Of a stretch of 32,000 bases of DNA, positions 15,525 to 23,628 are shown piece after piece (position 1 is the stretch's first letter; each line of letters opens with the position of its first letter). Under the pieces are notes generated by a model. That model searched no databases, was not told the origin of the DNA, and saw nothing but the letters and a program-made list of their open reading frames with translations. A program made the translations under genes and the position numbers. Origin of the DNA: Candidatus Iainarchaeum sp. (GTDB lineage: Archaea > Iainarchaeota > Iainarchaeia > Iainarchaeales > JAZDEL01); assembly GCA_043808785.1 (NCBI GenBank), contig JAZDEL010000001.1, positions 60,001-92,000 on the forward strand, read 5' to 3'.

Positions 15525-16463
15525 ATGCTGCCGGCACTCATTGTTTTTTTCGCCGCCCTTGCGGTGCTCATGCTGAGCAGCAGGATTGTGATAGATAAAT
15601 CGATAAAAATTTCCGAATACCTCGGGATTTCACAGCTTGCCGTGGGGTTCATACTTATCGCCATTACCGTTTCCCTTCCCGACCTGGTGGTTTCCGTTAT
15701 GGCATCCTACTCGGGCAGCCCGGAGATGGGGGTAGGCGACGCGCTAGGCAGCACAGTTGCGAACATCTGCCTCGTGCTCGGGATAGTGACGCTTGTCAGG
15801 AGAATAAACGTGGAGCGCAGGCACGTGCTCGACAGCACGGAACTGCTCCTGCTTATAGGAGCCGTGCCCGCGATTTTCCTCGTTCTCGGCACCATGGGCA
15901 GGATCGAGGGCGTTGTGCTGCTCGTGCTTTTCCTGATTTACTGCTTCTTCATAATAAGGGGAAATTTCAGCCTGAAGATAAAGGACGGGGTTTCGCACAG
16001 GGACATCGGGAAAACCGTTTTCCTCTTCTTCATTTCCCTTGCGGTTGTTATGCTGAGTTCGGGATTTGTTGTGGGCAGCGCCGGCGAGGTTGCGCTTGCC
16101 TTCGGTTTCGGCGAGGCGGTGCTCGGCCTTACATTAATCTCTTTCGGCACGACCCTGCCGGAGCTTGCCGTGGATTTCGCCGCAGTCAGGAGGGGGCAGA
16201 CCGCGCTTGCCATCGGCGACATACTCGGCAGCAGCGTAGTAAACCTCACCCTCGTGCTCGGCTCGGTGCTCGTGATAAACCCGCTAAAGGAGAGCGTATC
16301 GGTTTTCACGCTGGCGATTGCGTTCGTGATTATCTCGAACACATTCCTTTTCTACTCCCTTGTGAAGCACGAGGGCATAGGGAAGAAGCAGGGGATAGTG
16401 TTCATACTGATGTACGTGCTTTTCATAATAATGTCCCTGGGCTCGCGGGCGATTTCGGGATAA
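15525..16463 (+). CDS. Ca2+/cation antiporter (CaCA, Na+/Ca2+ exchanger family)
   Basis: Two alpha-repeats, GDALGSTVANICLVLG and GDILGSSVVNLTLVLG. Starts 2 nt after the preceding stop. Confidence 0.85.
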   Translation: MLPALIVFFAALAVLMLSSRIVIDKSIKISEYLGISQLAVGFILIAITVSLPDLVVSVMASYSGSPEMGVGDALGSTVANICLVLGIVTLVRRINVERRHVLDSTELLLLIGAVPAIFLVLGTMGRIEGVVLLVLFLIYCFFIIRGNFSLKIKDGVSHRDIGKTVFLFFISLAVVMLSSGFVVGSAGEVALAFGFGEAVLGLTLISFGTTLPELAVDFAAVRRGQTALAIGDILGSSVVNLTLVLGSVLVINPLKESVSVFTLAIAFVIISNTFLFYSLVKHEGIGKKQGIVFILMYVLFIIMSLGSRAISG

Positions 16464-16491
16464 GCGCAAGTGCATAGTGAAGTGCGCGCCG

Positions 16492-18660
16492 TCAAATTGA
16501 CAGGCGGGCAAGCAGATATGCAGTCGTGGATTCAGCACCCTCATTGGCGTTCACTCCCTGCCTTGTTATTCCGTCGAAGCAGCCCCCGCTTGCCCTGTCG
16601 TAAACTTCCATGTTTGCCGAGTTCTTCCCGAGGAACCAGTCGAACGACTCCCTCGCGCTTTTCAGGTATTTTTTGTCCCCTGTTTTTTTGAATGCCGCGA
16701 GGTATGCCGCGGTCATTCCCGAGGCCTCGAGCGGCTGCTGGTCGTACAAAGACCGCTCCCCGCCCCTTTCGTACCATTTTTCCTGCCCTATTGGCACAAG
16801 CTTGCCGTTTATGAAAACCGTGTCGGTAAGGAACGACAGCGACTCAACAGCGACCTCCTTAGCCCTCCCGCCCCTGTCGTATTCGTGGCATTCGAACAGC
16901 GCCTCGGGGATCCTGCTGTTGTTGTACGTGAGGTACGGCTCGAACCATTTCCAGCTTTCGTCGCTTTCGGATTCGTACCTCGAAACAAGGGAATCGATGA
17001 GCCCGCCCATGAGTTCCGGTGCCTTTTCAGGCACAGCCTTTGCCACTGCGAGCCCCATCAGCGTGTGTGCCTGCGCCCTCGGGGATTTTATCTCGATGCC
17101 GTGTTTCAGCGTATCATCCAGTATTTTTTTCGCCCTCAGCCTGTGTTCATCCGGCAGGCCGCTGCCGTACGCGTGCCCGAGCGCCCATACCGCGCGCCCG
17201 AAACTGTCCTCGCTGCCTTTCTCATCCATGAATTCCCGCCTGCCGCTGAGCACATTGTGGAACCCGCCGTCGGGAGTGCCGCATTTTTCTATGAAATTAA
17301 TGAAAGTATCCGCAAACCTCAGCATTCTCCTCGTGCCGAACCTTTCATAGCCCTTTGCCGCAACCATAAGCGCGCGGGCGTTGTCGTCGAGCGTATATCC
17401 GCTTCCTATGTCGGGCGTTGTGTAATCCGCGAACTGTATCATGCCGAAATCGTCCGTCATGTTCGAGAAGTGCCTGAAGCTTATGCGCGGCAGCCCGCTT
17501 TTGGTTTCAATCGGCGCAAGTTCCCCCAGCGCGTTCAGGTACTGTATCGAAACGTTCGGCCATGACATCTTCCTGCTGAACTCGAATGCGTTCTTCTCCA
17601 TGCCGCGCCTGAGCGCGTTGTCCGAGAGAAGCCTTATCGCCCCATCCGCAAACCCCTTCGGGCTGTTGTCCGCGACAATAATTCCCCTGCCGTTCGCAAG
17701 GATCTCCTCGTTGTATTTTGTTTTCGAGGCGACGATTGCCTTGCCCGCACCGAGCGCGTAACTTACTGTCCCGCTGGTTATCTGCTTCTGGTCGAGGGAT
17801 GTCGCGAAATAAACCGTAGCAATCTGCAGGAAGTCGGTTATCTCCCTTATGGAGAGGAACTTGTTCCAGAACTTCACATGCTTGCCCGCCCCCGTTTTCC
17901 TCACCAGCGCCTTAAGTTCGTTCCTGTAATCCTCGCCGCTCTCCTCCCTCACTTTCGGGTGGGTCTGGCCGAGTATCACGTAGATGCAGTCCGGATGCCT
18001 CTTCACTATTTCCGGCATCGCCATTATCGCGTTTTCAATTCCCTTGCCCCTGCTCAAAAGCCCGAATGTGAGTATTATTTTTTTCCCCTCAAGCCCGTAC
18101 TTTTTCTTTATCGCCTCGCCGCTCCCGAAACTCACGGGCGGCACGCCGTGCAGTATGACCTTCATTTTTTCCCCAGGCACGCCGTAATGCTCTACGAGTA
18201 TTTTTTTCGCGTTCTCGGTCATCACGACAACAGTATCGCTGTGCGCGAAAATATCCCGCACGACATCCCTCATTCCCTGTTCGGGGTTTTCGAGCACGGT
18301 GTGCAGCGTAGTGATTATTTTTTTGTCCGTGCGCTCCATAAGCCTTATCAGATGCGAGCCGTAATTCCCCCCGAATATCCCGAACTCGTGCTGCACGCTG
18401 AGCACATCCGCGCCGCGCATGGAGTTTATCTTTTCCGCGGCGGCATCATAGCTCTCTATATTCGGCTCGGTTATCGTGCAGATTACGTTCTTAGGGTATT
18501 TGCGGAAGATGGATTCGTCCTCATTCATGGCTATTATTGCGGGGCTGATGCCGTTGCCCGCCTTTTTACTGATGGCGTCGGAGAGGTCCCTTGTGAAAGT
18601 CGCTATTCCGCATTCCCTCGGATGGTATGTTCCGAGAAAGAGTATTTTTTTCGCGCCCAT
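16492..18660 (-). CDS. GT4 glycosyltransferase fused to a ~330-aa C-terminal (alpha/alpha)-toroid-like domain
   Basis: The N-terminal ~390 aa is a typical GT-B/GT4 fold (KILFLGTYHPRECGIATFTRDL...). The C-terminal half (MIQFADYTTPDIGSGYTLDDNARALMV...FGRAVWALG...) looks like a six-hairpin glycosidase fold. Confidence 0.8.
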   Translation of the reverse strand: MGAKKILFLGTYHPRECGIATFTRDLSDAISKKAGNGISPAIIAMNEDESIFRKYPKNVICTITEPNIESYDAAAEKINSMRGADVLSVQHEFGIFGGNYGSHLIRLMERTDKKIITTLHTVLENPEQGMRDVVRDIFAHSDTVVVMTENAKKILVEHYGVPGEKMKVILHGVPPVSFGSGEAIKKKYGLEGKKIILTFGLLSRGKGIENAIMAMPEIVKRHPDCIYVILGQTHPKVREESGEDYRNELKALVRKTGAGKHVKFWNKFLSIREITDFLQIATVYFATSLDQKQITSGTVSYALGAGKAIVASKTKYNEEILANGRGIIVADNSPKGFADGAIRLLSDNALRRGMEKNAFEFSRKMSWPNVSIQYLNALGELAPIETKSGLPRISFRHFSNMTDDFGMIQFADYTTPDIGSGYTLDDNARALMVAAKGYERFGTRRMLRFADTFINFIEKCGTPDGGFHNVLSGRREFMDEKGSEDSFGRAVWALGHAYGSGLPDEHRLRAKKILDDTLKHGIEIKSPRAQAHTLMGLAVAKAVPEKAPELMGGLIDSLVSRYESESDESWKWFEPYLTYNNSRIPEALFECHEYDRGGRAKEVAVESLSFLTDTVFINGKLVPIGQEKWYERGGERSLYDQQPLEASGMTAAYLAAFKKTGDKKYLKSARESFDWFLGKNSANMEVYDRASGGCFDGITRQGVNANEGAESTTAYLLARLSI

Positions 18661-18869
18661 TGTATAAAGATAGCAGCGGCAGTTTATTTATGCTTTGCCA
18701 TTGCGCGTTGCGCGCACTGCCGCGCCCCCCCGCACCTGCCCCGTGCGGCCGCGCCGGCGGCCGAAGCAATGCGCGAGCGCCGCGCGCGCCATGAACTGAG
18801 CGCAACCACAACTAAAGCCGCGCGCGAACCCTGCCCGCATAAGTGCGGGGCGCCGCCGCGCATTGGGCG

Positions 18870-19964
18870 CTACCTCGTGCGCTGCAGCGAATCCAGTATC
18901 GCGCGGATGCGCACTTTCCTCGCGGAGATGCATGTGTCCGCGCCGCCGCTGTAGACAATCACGCTCTTTCCGTCAATGTCCGGTATTGCCGCTGTCGGGA
19001 ACACCACGCCCCCGAGGAACCCCTCGGTTTCAAATTCGTATTTCGGCGCGAAGAGCGGCTCCCTTGCGGGGCTTATGCCGAGCACTTTCCCGGGGTTCTT
19101 CAGGTCGAACAGCACCGCGCCCGCGCTGTATATTTTCTTAGAGGACGGGTTGCGCCTGTTTTTCAGGTGCACGCCGTGGTATATCGCAAGCCAGCCCTCA
19201 TCCGTCTTTATCGGCACGCTCCCCGCGCCTATGCGCAGCGCATCCCAGCCCGTCTTCCTCGGCTTCATTATCGGCCTGTCCTTTCCCCAGAAAACAAGGT
19301 CCTTCGAATATGAGAGCCAGATGCCCGGCTTGTCGAATATCATCGTTCCCTCCGGCCTGTTCATCGCCACATAGTAGCCGTTTATTTTTTCCGGATAAAT
19401 CACGACATCCTTGTTCTGCTGCCTGAAAATTATCCCTTTTCTCTCCCAGATGTTGAGGTCGTTCGAAAGCGCGAGAGATGTGGAGACGCCGCTGGACATG
19501 GATATCGAAACATAGGTCATCGCGTACCGCCCCTCCTTCGCGAAGTGCGTTATTCTCGGATCCTCGACCCCGAAATCCCCGTCCTCGGTCCTCCCCGCGA
19601 AATCCATGGTTCCGCTTATTTCCTCGGCGTGCATTCCCCCCTTATCGAGCAGAATCTTCCTGATGTGCGATAATGTCGGCAGCCTGTAGATTTCGTCGTT
19701 CATGACAAAGAGGCCCTCGCGCTGCTTCATCTTTTCCCTGCGTATCCTTTCTATGACGAAATGGCTGCGCTCCCTTCCCGCGAACCTCGGCGCTATGAAT
19801 GTCTTCTCGTCGTGGTATGGCGTTTCCGCAACCCTTGCGAAAAGCAGTATTTTTTTGTTCTTCAGCCTTACCGCCGCGGGGTTGAACACGCCCCTTACCC
19901 TCATGCTTTTCAGGCTGGGCATCACCTGTTCGGGCGTGACAACTAACGTTGCTTTCGCATCCAT
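18870..19964 (-). CDS. GH130 family beta-mannoside phosphorylase/hydrolase (DUF377-type glycosidase)
   Basis: FNPAAV, GVEDPRIT, NKDVVIYPEKING, GWDALRIGAG and AIYHGV are five-bladed propeller GH130 hallmarks. Confidence 0.85.
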   Translation of the reverse strand: MDAKATLVVTPEQVMPSLKSMRVRGVFNPAAVRLKNKKILLFARVAETPYHDEKTFIAPRFAGRERSHFVIERIRREKMKQREGLFVMNDEIYRLPTLSHIRKILLDKGGMHAEEISGTMDFAGRTEDGDFGVEDPRITHFAKEGRYAMTYVSISMSSGVSTSLALSNDLNIWERKGIIFRQQNKDVVIYPEKINGYYVAMNRPEGTMIFDKPGIWLSYSKDLVFWGKDRPIMKPRKTGWDALRIGAGSVPIKTDEGWLAIYHGVHLKNRRNPSSKKIYSAGAVLFDLKNPGKVLGISPAREPLFAPKYEFETEGFLGGVVFPTAAIPDIDGKSVIVYSGGADTCISARKVRIRAILDSLQRTR

Positions 19965-20012
19965 GCTACCTATTAACGCATGCCAGTATTTATTTTTTTT
20001 GCCCGCGGCAGA

Positions 20013-21776
20013 TTAAGCCCTTATGCGGCCTGAAGACGCCCTGTCCGCAATTACAACGGCATTCCTGTGCTTTTGCAGTATTGAGGCGGGGCATTTTTCA
20101 CCCGGCTTTCCCTTGGCCATCCTTCCCATTGCCGCGGCCTTCTCCCTGCCGCCCGCCATAAGCACAACCGCCCTTGCGCGCATTATCGTCTCAAGGCCGA
20201 TTGTGATTGCCGTCCTCGGCACACGCTCCCCCTTTTCGAAAAACCTTTTGTTCGCCTTAATTGTGCCCCCGCTCAGTTCCACAATGCGGGTTTTGCTTTT
20301 GAAGTTCGTTCCGGGCTCGTTGAACGCGATATGCCCGTTCCTGCCTATGCCGAGCAGAATTAAATCTATGCCGTGCGCGCCAGCAAAATTTTCAAACCGC
20401 GCGCACTCCGCCTTCAACTCCTTTGCAGAGCCGTCGAAGAGGAAAACATTTTCCTTCCGCGCGTTTACCTTCCCGAGGAAATTTTTCATGAGGGAGCAAG
20501 CGAAACTGTTCCTGTGCCCGTGCGCCAGCCCCGCATATTCGTCAATGCCGAAGAATTTAGCCTTTGAGAAATCAACATGCCCCGCCCTGTGCGCCTTCAC
20601 GAGTTCCGCATATGTTCCCGAAGGCGTTCCCCCCGCGGGAATTCCTATAACGCTTTCCGGCTTCCCATTCACTTGCCCGATTATCAGTTCCGCAGCCCTC
20701 TTCGAAAGTTCGCCGTAGCCCTTCACTGCCTCGAACTGGATGAGGTTTTTGCCCCGCATGTATTTCAGGATTTCATTTTCCCGCGGCACTGCAAGCCCGT
20801 GCCTTGCCACTTTCGTTCCGGCAACGAAGTTCCCTATCCTCAGGCAGTTCCTTTCCGACCAGCCGTTGATTTTCCCGTAAATGAAGCCCGCGTTGAAAAC
20901 ATCCCCTGCAGCGGTTGTGTCTAGAGCCCTGGCGCGCACCGCTTCTTCGTGAATAATTCGCATCGCTCCCCCCCTCCCTCCCGCGCCAGCGGAGTAAAGC
21001 GTTGCCCCCTTCCCCCCCTCCTTGAGCACCACGCACCGCGCGCCGCTGCGGATGAGATGCTTTATTTTCTCCTTGTGCCCCTTACCTTTTGCAACCTTAC
21101 CAAGCTCCACTTCGTTCAGGAAAAGCATGTCGATGCATTTCAGCATGTGCTTAATCTTCCACTCCCCGTGCTCGTCATAGCAGAGGTCTAACGCCGTTAC
21201 GCAGCCCGCCCTTTTCGCGCGCCCAAGCAGTTCCGCAAAACCCTTGCGCATTGCGCGGAGATGGAAATATCCGCCCGAGTAAACAATATCCCCCGCCCTC
21301 AGCCTTGGCAGGATTTTCCCCCCTATCATTTTGGACGTCAGCTTTCCAAGCGCGCCCTTTATTGAATATATCGCCCTCTCGCCTTTTTTGCCAACCATTA
21401 TCACGGAGCATCCGTTCTGCCCCCGCACTTCCGCAGGGTTCAGTTCCACGCCCGCGGCGCGCAGCGAACCTTCAAGGAACTTTGTCGTGAAATCATTTCC
21501 GGCAGCGCTCACGAGTTCGGTCCGCACGCCGAGCAGTGCCGCGGCATACGCGAAGTTCGCGGCATTCCCGCCGAGCGAAAATGTGATGCCGCGCAATGCG
21601 GCCTCCTCGCCGAATGCCGCCTGCTTCCCCAGTTCGCACAGCACGTCGAGGTTCATGTCGCCTATCGCGAAAACCCTGCGCCCGCCAGCTGCACCGCCCA
21701 AGTAGCCGCCCGCTGCAAAAGCCCTGCGCCCGCCCGCGCCGCCCACGTAACCCGGTGCCGCAAAAACCCCTGTCAT
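20013..21776 (-). CDS. fusion protein: PfkB-family sugar kinase (N) plus glucosamine-6-phosphate deaminase NagB (C)
   Basis: PfkB motifs SLGGNAANFA and DTTAAGDVFNAGF. NagB motifs GIPAGGTPSGTY, FGIDEY and LGIGRNGHIAFNEPG. Start placed at ATG 21776, because the ORF-track start at 22076 would run across the divergent promoter and into the PIG-L gene. Confidence 0.85.
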   Translation of the reverse strand: MTGVFAAPGYVGGAGGRRAFAAGGYLGGAAGGRRVFAIGDMNLDVLCELGKQAAFGEEAALRGITFSLGGNAANFAYAAALLGVRTELVSAAGNDFTTKFLEGSLRAAGVELNPAEVRGQNGCSVIMVGKKGERAIYSIKGALGKLTSKMIGGKILPRLRAGDIVYSGGYFHLRAMRKGFAELLGRAKRAGCVTALDLCYDEHGEWKIKHMLKCIDMLFLNEVELGKVAKGKGHKEKIKHLIRSGARCVVLKEGGKGATLYSAGAGGRGGAMRIIHEEAVRARALDTTAAGDVFNAGFIYGKINGWSERNCLRIGNFVAGTKVARHGLAVPRENEILKYMRGKNLIQFEAVKGYGELSKRAAELIIGQVNGKPESVIGIPAGGTPSGTYAELVKAHRAGHVDFSKAKFFGIDEYAGLAHGHRNSFACSLMKNFLGKVNARKENVFLFDGSAKELKAECARFENFAGAHGIDLILLGIGRNGHIAFNEPGTNFKSKTRIVELSGGTIKANKRFFEKGERVPRTAITIGLETIMRARAVVLMAGGREKAAAMGRMAKGKPGEKCPASILQKHRNAVVIADRASSGRIRA

Positions 21777-21834
21777 GCTGCATTTTAGGCGCAAAGTAGT
21801 ATTTATTTGTTTTTCTGAGCAGCAATTCTGTCTT
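21777..21834. promoter_or_regulatory. 58-bp divergent promoter region with one central AT-rich box (GTATTTATTTG, 21799-21809)
   Basis: The box centre lies about 29-30 nt from both ATG 21776 (minus) and ATG 21835 (plus). Confidence 0.4.
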
Positions 21835-22434
21835 ATGCCGAGGGCGCTTGCTGTGGTCGCGCATCCAGATGACGAAACAATCTGGATGGGGGGTACAATG
21901 CTGATGCATGCCGGCTGGAAGTGGGCTGTGCTTTCGCTCTGCAGGAAAGACGATGCCGACAGGGCTCCGCGGTTCGCCGCCGCGTGCAAACTGTTCGGCG
22001 CCAAGTGCGCGATGTCGGACCTCGACGATGAGAATATCGAGAAGCCGCTCCCCACTTCGCAGGTTAAGTCGCGCATAAAAAAAATGCTCTTGCAAAAAAA
22101 ACTTCCGCGCGCTTACGATTTCATTTTCACGCACGGTGCGAACGGGGAGTACGGGCACAAAAGGCACAAGGAAGTTGCGCGCGCGGTTGTTGAAATGGTG
22201 CGCACCGGGGATTTGAAATGCAAAGAACTCTGGCGCTTCAGCTACTCGCGCGTTGAAAAGCCGTTCATGTGCGTGCCGAAGCGCGGCGCGCCGAAAAAAA
22301 TCGCGCTCGCAGCGCGCGAAGCGCGAATGAAAAAGTATTTAATCACGGACGTGTATAGCTTTAGTGAGGCGAGCTTCGAGGCGCGCTCGTGCTCGGATGC
22401 TGAAACGTTCGATGTGGAGATGAAGAAGAGATGA
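21835..22434 (+). CDS. PIG-L/LmbE family N-acetylglucosaminyl deacetylase
   Basis: MPRALAVVAHPDDETIWMGG carries the AHPDDE zinc motif. The later FTHGANGEYGHKRH is an HxxH-like site. Confidence 0.85.
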   Translation: MPRALAVVAHPDDETIWMGGTMLMHAGWKWAVLSLCRKDDADRAPRFAAACKLFGAKCAMSDLDDENIEKPLPTSQVKSRIKKMLLQKKLPRAYDFIFTHGANGEYGHKRHKEVARAVVEMVRTGDLKCKELWRFSYSRVEKPFMCVPKRGAPKKIALAAREARMKKYLITDVYSFSEASFEARSCSDAETFDVEMKKR

Positions 22435-22470
22435 TGTTGCTTGTCCTGCAAGCGCAGGCGCGGTGAGAAA

Positions 22471-23613
22471 ATGAAGACGCTTGTCATGTACCCTTATCCC
22501 GTGGAGCTCGACGGAGTCAGCATACAGGGCGAGATGCTTTACCGCGGCCTCAGGGAGAACGGCGGCGAGGCAATGCCGTGCGACCTCAAGGCCGATTACG
22601 AAAAGGAGTGGTACTATAAATCATTCAAGCCCGACGTTGCGATAGGCATAGGCTACTGGGGCAACACGCCCGAGCTCGTGATGCACCCGCAGAAATTCGG
22701 AATCAACGCAGTGCCTTGGCTGAACGCGGACGGGTGGATTGCAAATTACCACGATTTGCTTAACTCCCTCCCGCTTATGCTCGTCACGAGCAACTGGGTC
22801 AAGGAAACCTACAACCGCGACGGCATAACAAACAAAAACATCGAGGTCGCGCACATAGGCCTCGACACAAATGCGATGCGCCCGATGCCGAAGGACGATA
22901 TTCGGGTGCAGAAGATACGCGAGATGCTCAAAATAAAGCCCGACGAGCAGATGCTTCTCACAATTGGCGGAGATACAACAAGCAAGGGCTTCCAGGAAGT
23001 GCTCAAAGCCTTGGGGCAGTTGAACGGGGAGTTCGACAACTGGAAATATGTGGGGAAAAGCTGGCAGAACGGCCAGCCCGCCTATCACCGTAAAGCCGAG
23101 TTTAAGATACTCAAGGAATGCGGCATAGACAGGAAAAAAATAGTTTTCATCGACGGCAGCCTGAGCAGGGAATTCGTCTGCCACCTCATGAATGCGTGCG
23201 ATATTTACGCCGCGCCGAGCAGGATAGAGGGCTTCGGCATGATACAGGTCGAGGCGCAGGCGTGCGGCAAGCCCGTGCTCGGCATAGACGCGATGGGCGT
23301 TAAGGACACGGTTGTGCACAACGAAACCGGCTTCCTTGCAAAGGTCGGCGAGGAAACCTTGCTGGAGGAGGAGTGGGCATACAGGCACCACGGCTTTCCC
23401 AAGAAGGTGAAGATAAAATTCCCGCAGCCGCGCGTCATGGACGTGAGGGCGAATGTCGACGATGTTGCGAAATACCTGCGGAAGCTTATGGGGGATAAGG
23501 AGCTGAGGGAAAAGATGGGCGCAAAGGGCAGGGAGCACGCGGTGAAAAACTTCCACTACACAGTGACCTCGAAGCACATCACCGATGTTGTGCAGAAAAA
23601 GTTAGGCATCTGA
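22471..23613 (+). CDS. GT4 glycosyltransferase
   Basis: C-terminal domain with PSRIEGFGMIQVEAQACGKPVLG (E-x7-E motif). GGTGA lies before ATG 22471. Confidence 0.85.
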   Translation: MKTLVMYPYPVELDGVSIQGEMLYRGLRENGGEAMPCDLKADYEKEWYYKSFKPDVAIGIGYWGNTPELVMHPQKFGINAVPWLNADGWIANYHDLLNSLPLMLVTSNWVKETYNRDGITNKNIEVAHIGLDTNAMRPMPKDDIRVQKIREMLKIKPDEQMLLTIGGDTTSKGFQEVLKALGQLNGEFDNWKYVGKSWQNGQPAYHRKAEFKILKECGIDRKKIVFIDGSLSREFVCHLMNACDIYAAPSRIEGFGMIQVEAQACGKPVLGIDAMGVKDTVVHNETGFLAKVGEETLLEEEWAYRHHGFPKKVKIKFPQPRVMDVRANVDDVAKYLRKLMGDKELREKMGAKGREHAVKNFHYTVTSKHITDVVQKKLGI

Positions 23614-23628
23614 TTTTACTGCAGGTTT

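Noticed and set aside
17878-18954. 358-aa plus-strand ORF
   Set aside because: It is the antisense shadow of the GT4-fusion gene and runs on through the GC-rich spacer. The composition is Arg/His/Pro-rich and no motif is present, while the minus-strand gene has clear GT4 motifs.
21777-22076. N-terminal extension of the 687-aa ORF (kinase-NagB)
   Set aside because: It would overlap the PIG-L gene and the divergent promoter, and the extra 100 aa are Ser/Ala-rich with no kinase homology. ATG 21776 sits about 29 nt from the AT box.
22621-23577. 318-aa minus-strand ORF
   Set aside because: It is the antisense shadow of the GT4 gene at 22471-23613, which carries the E-x7-E motif.
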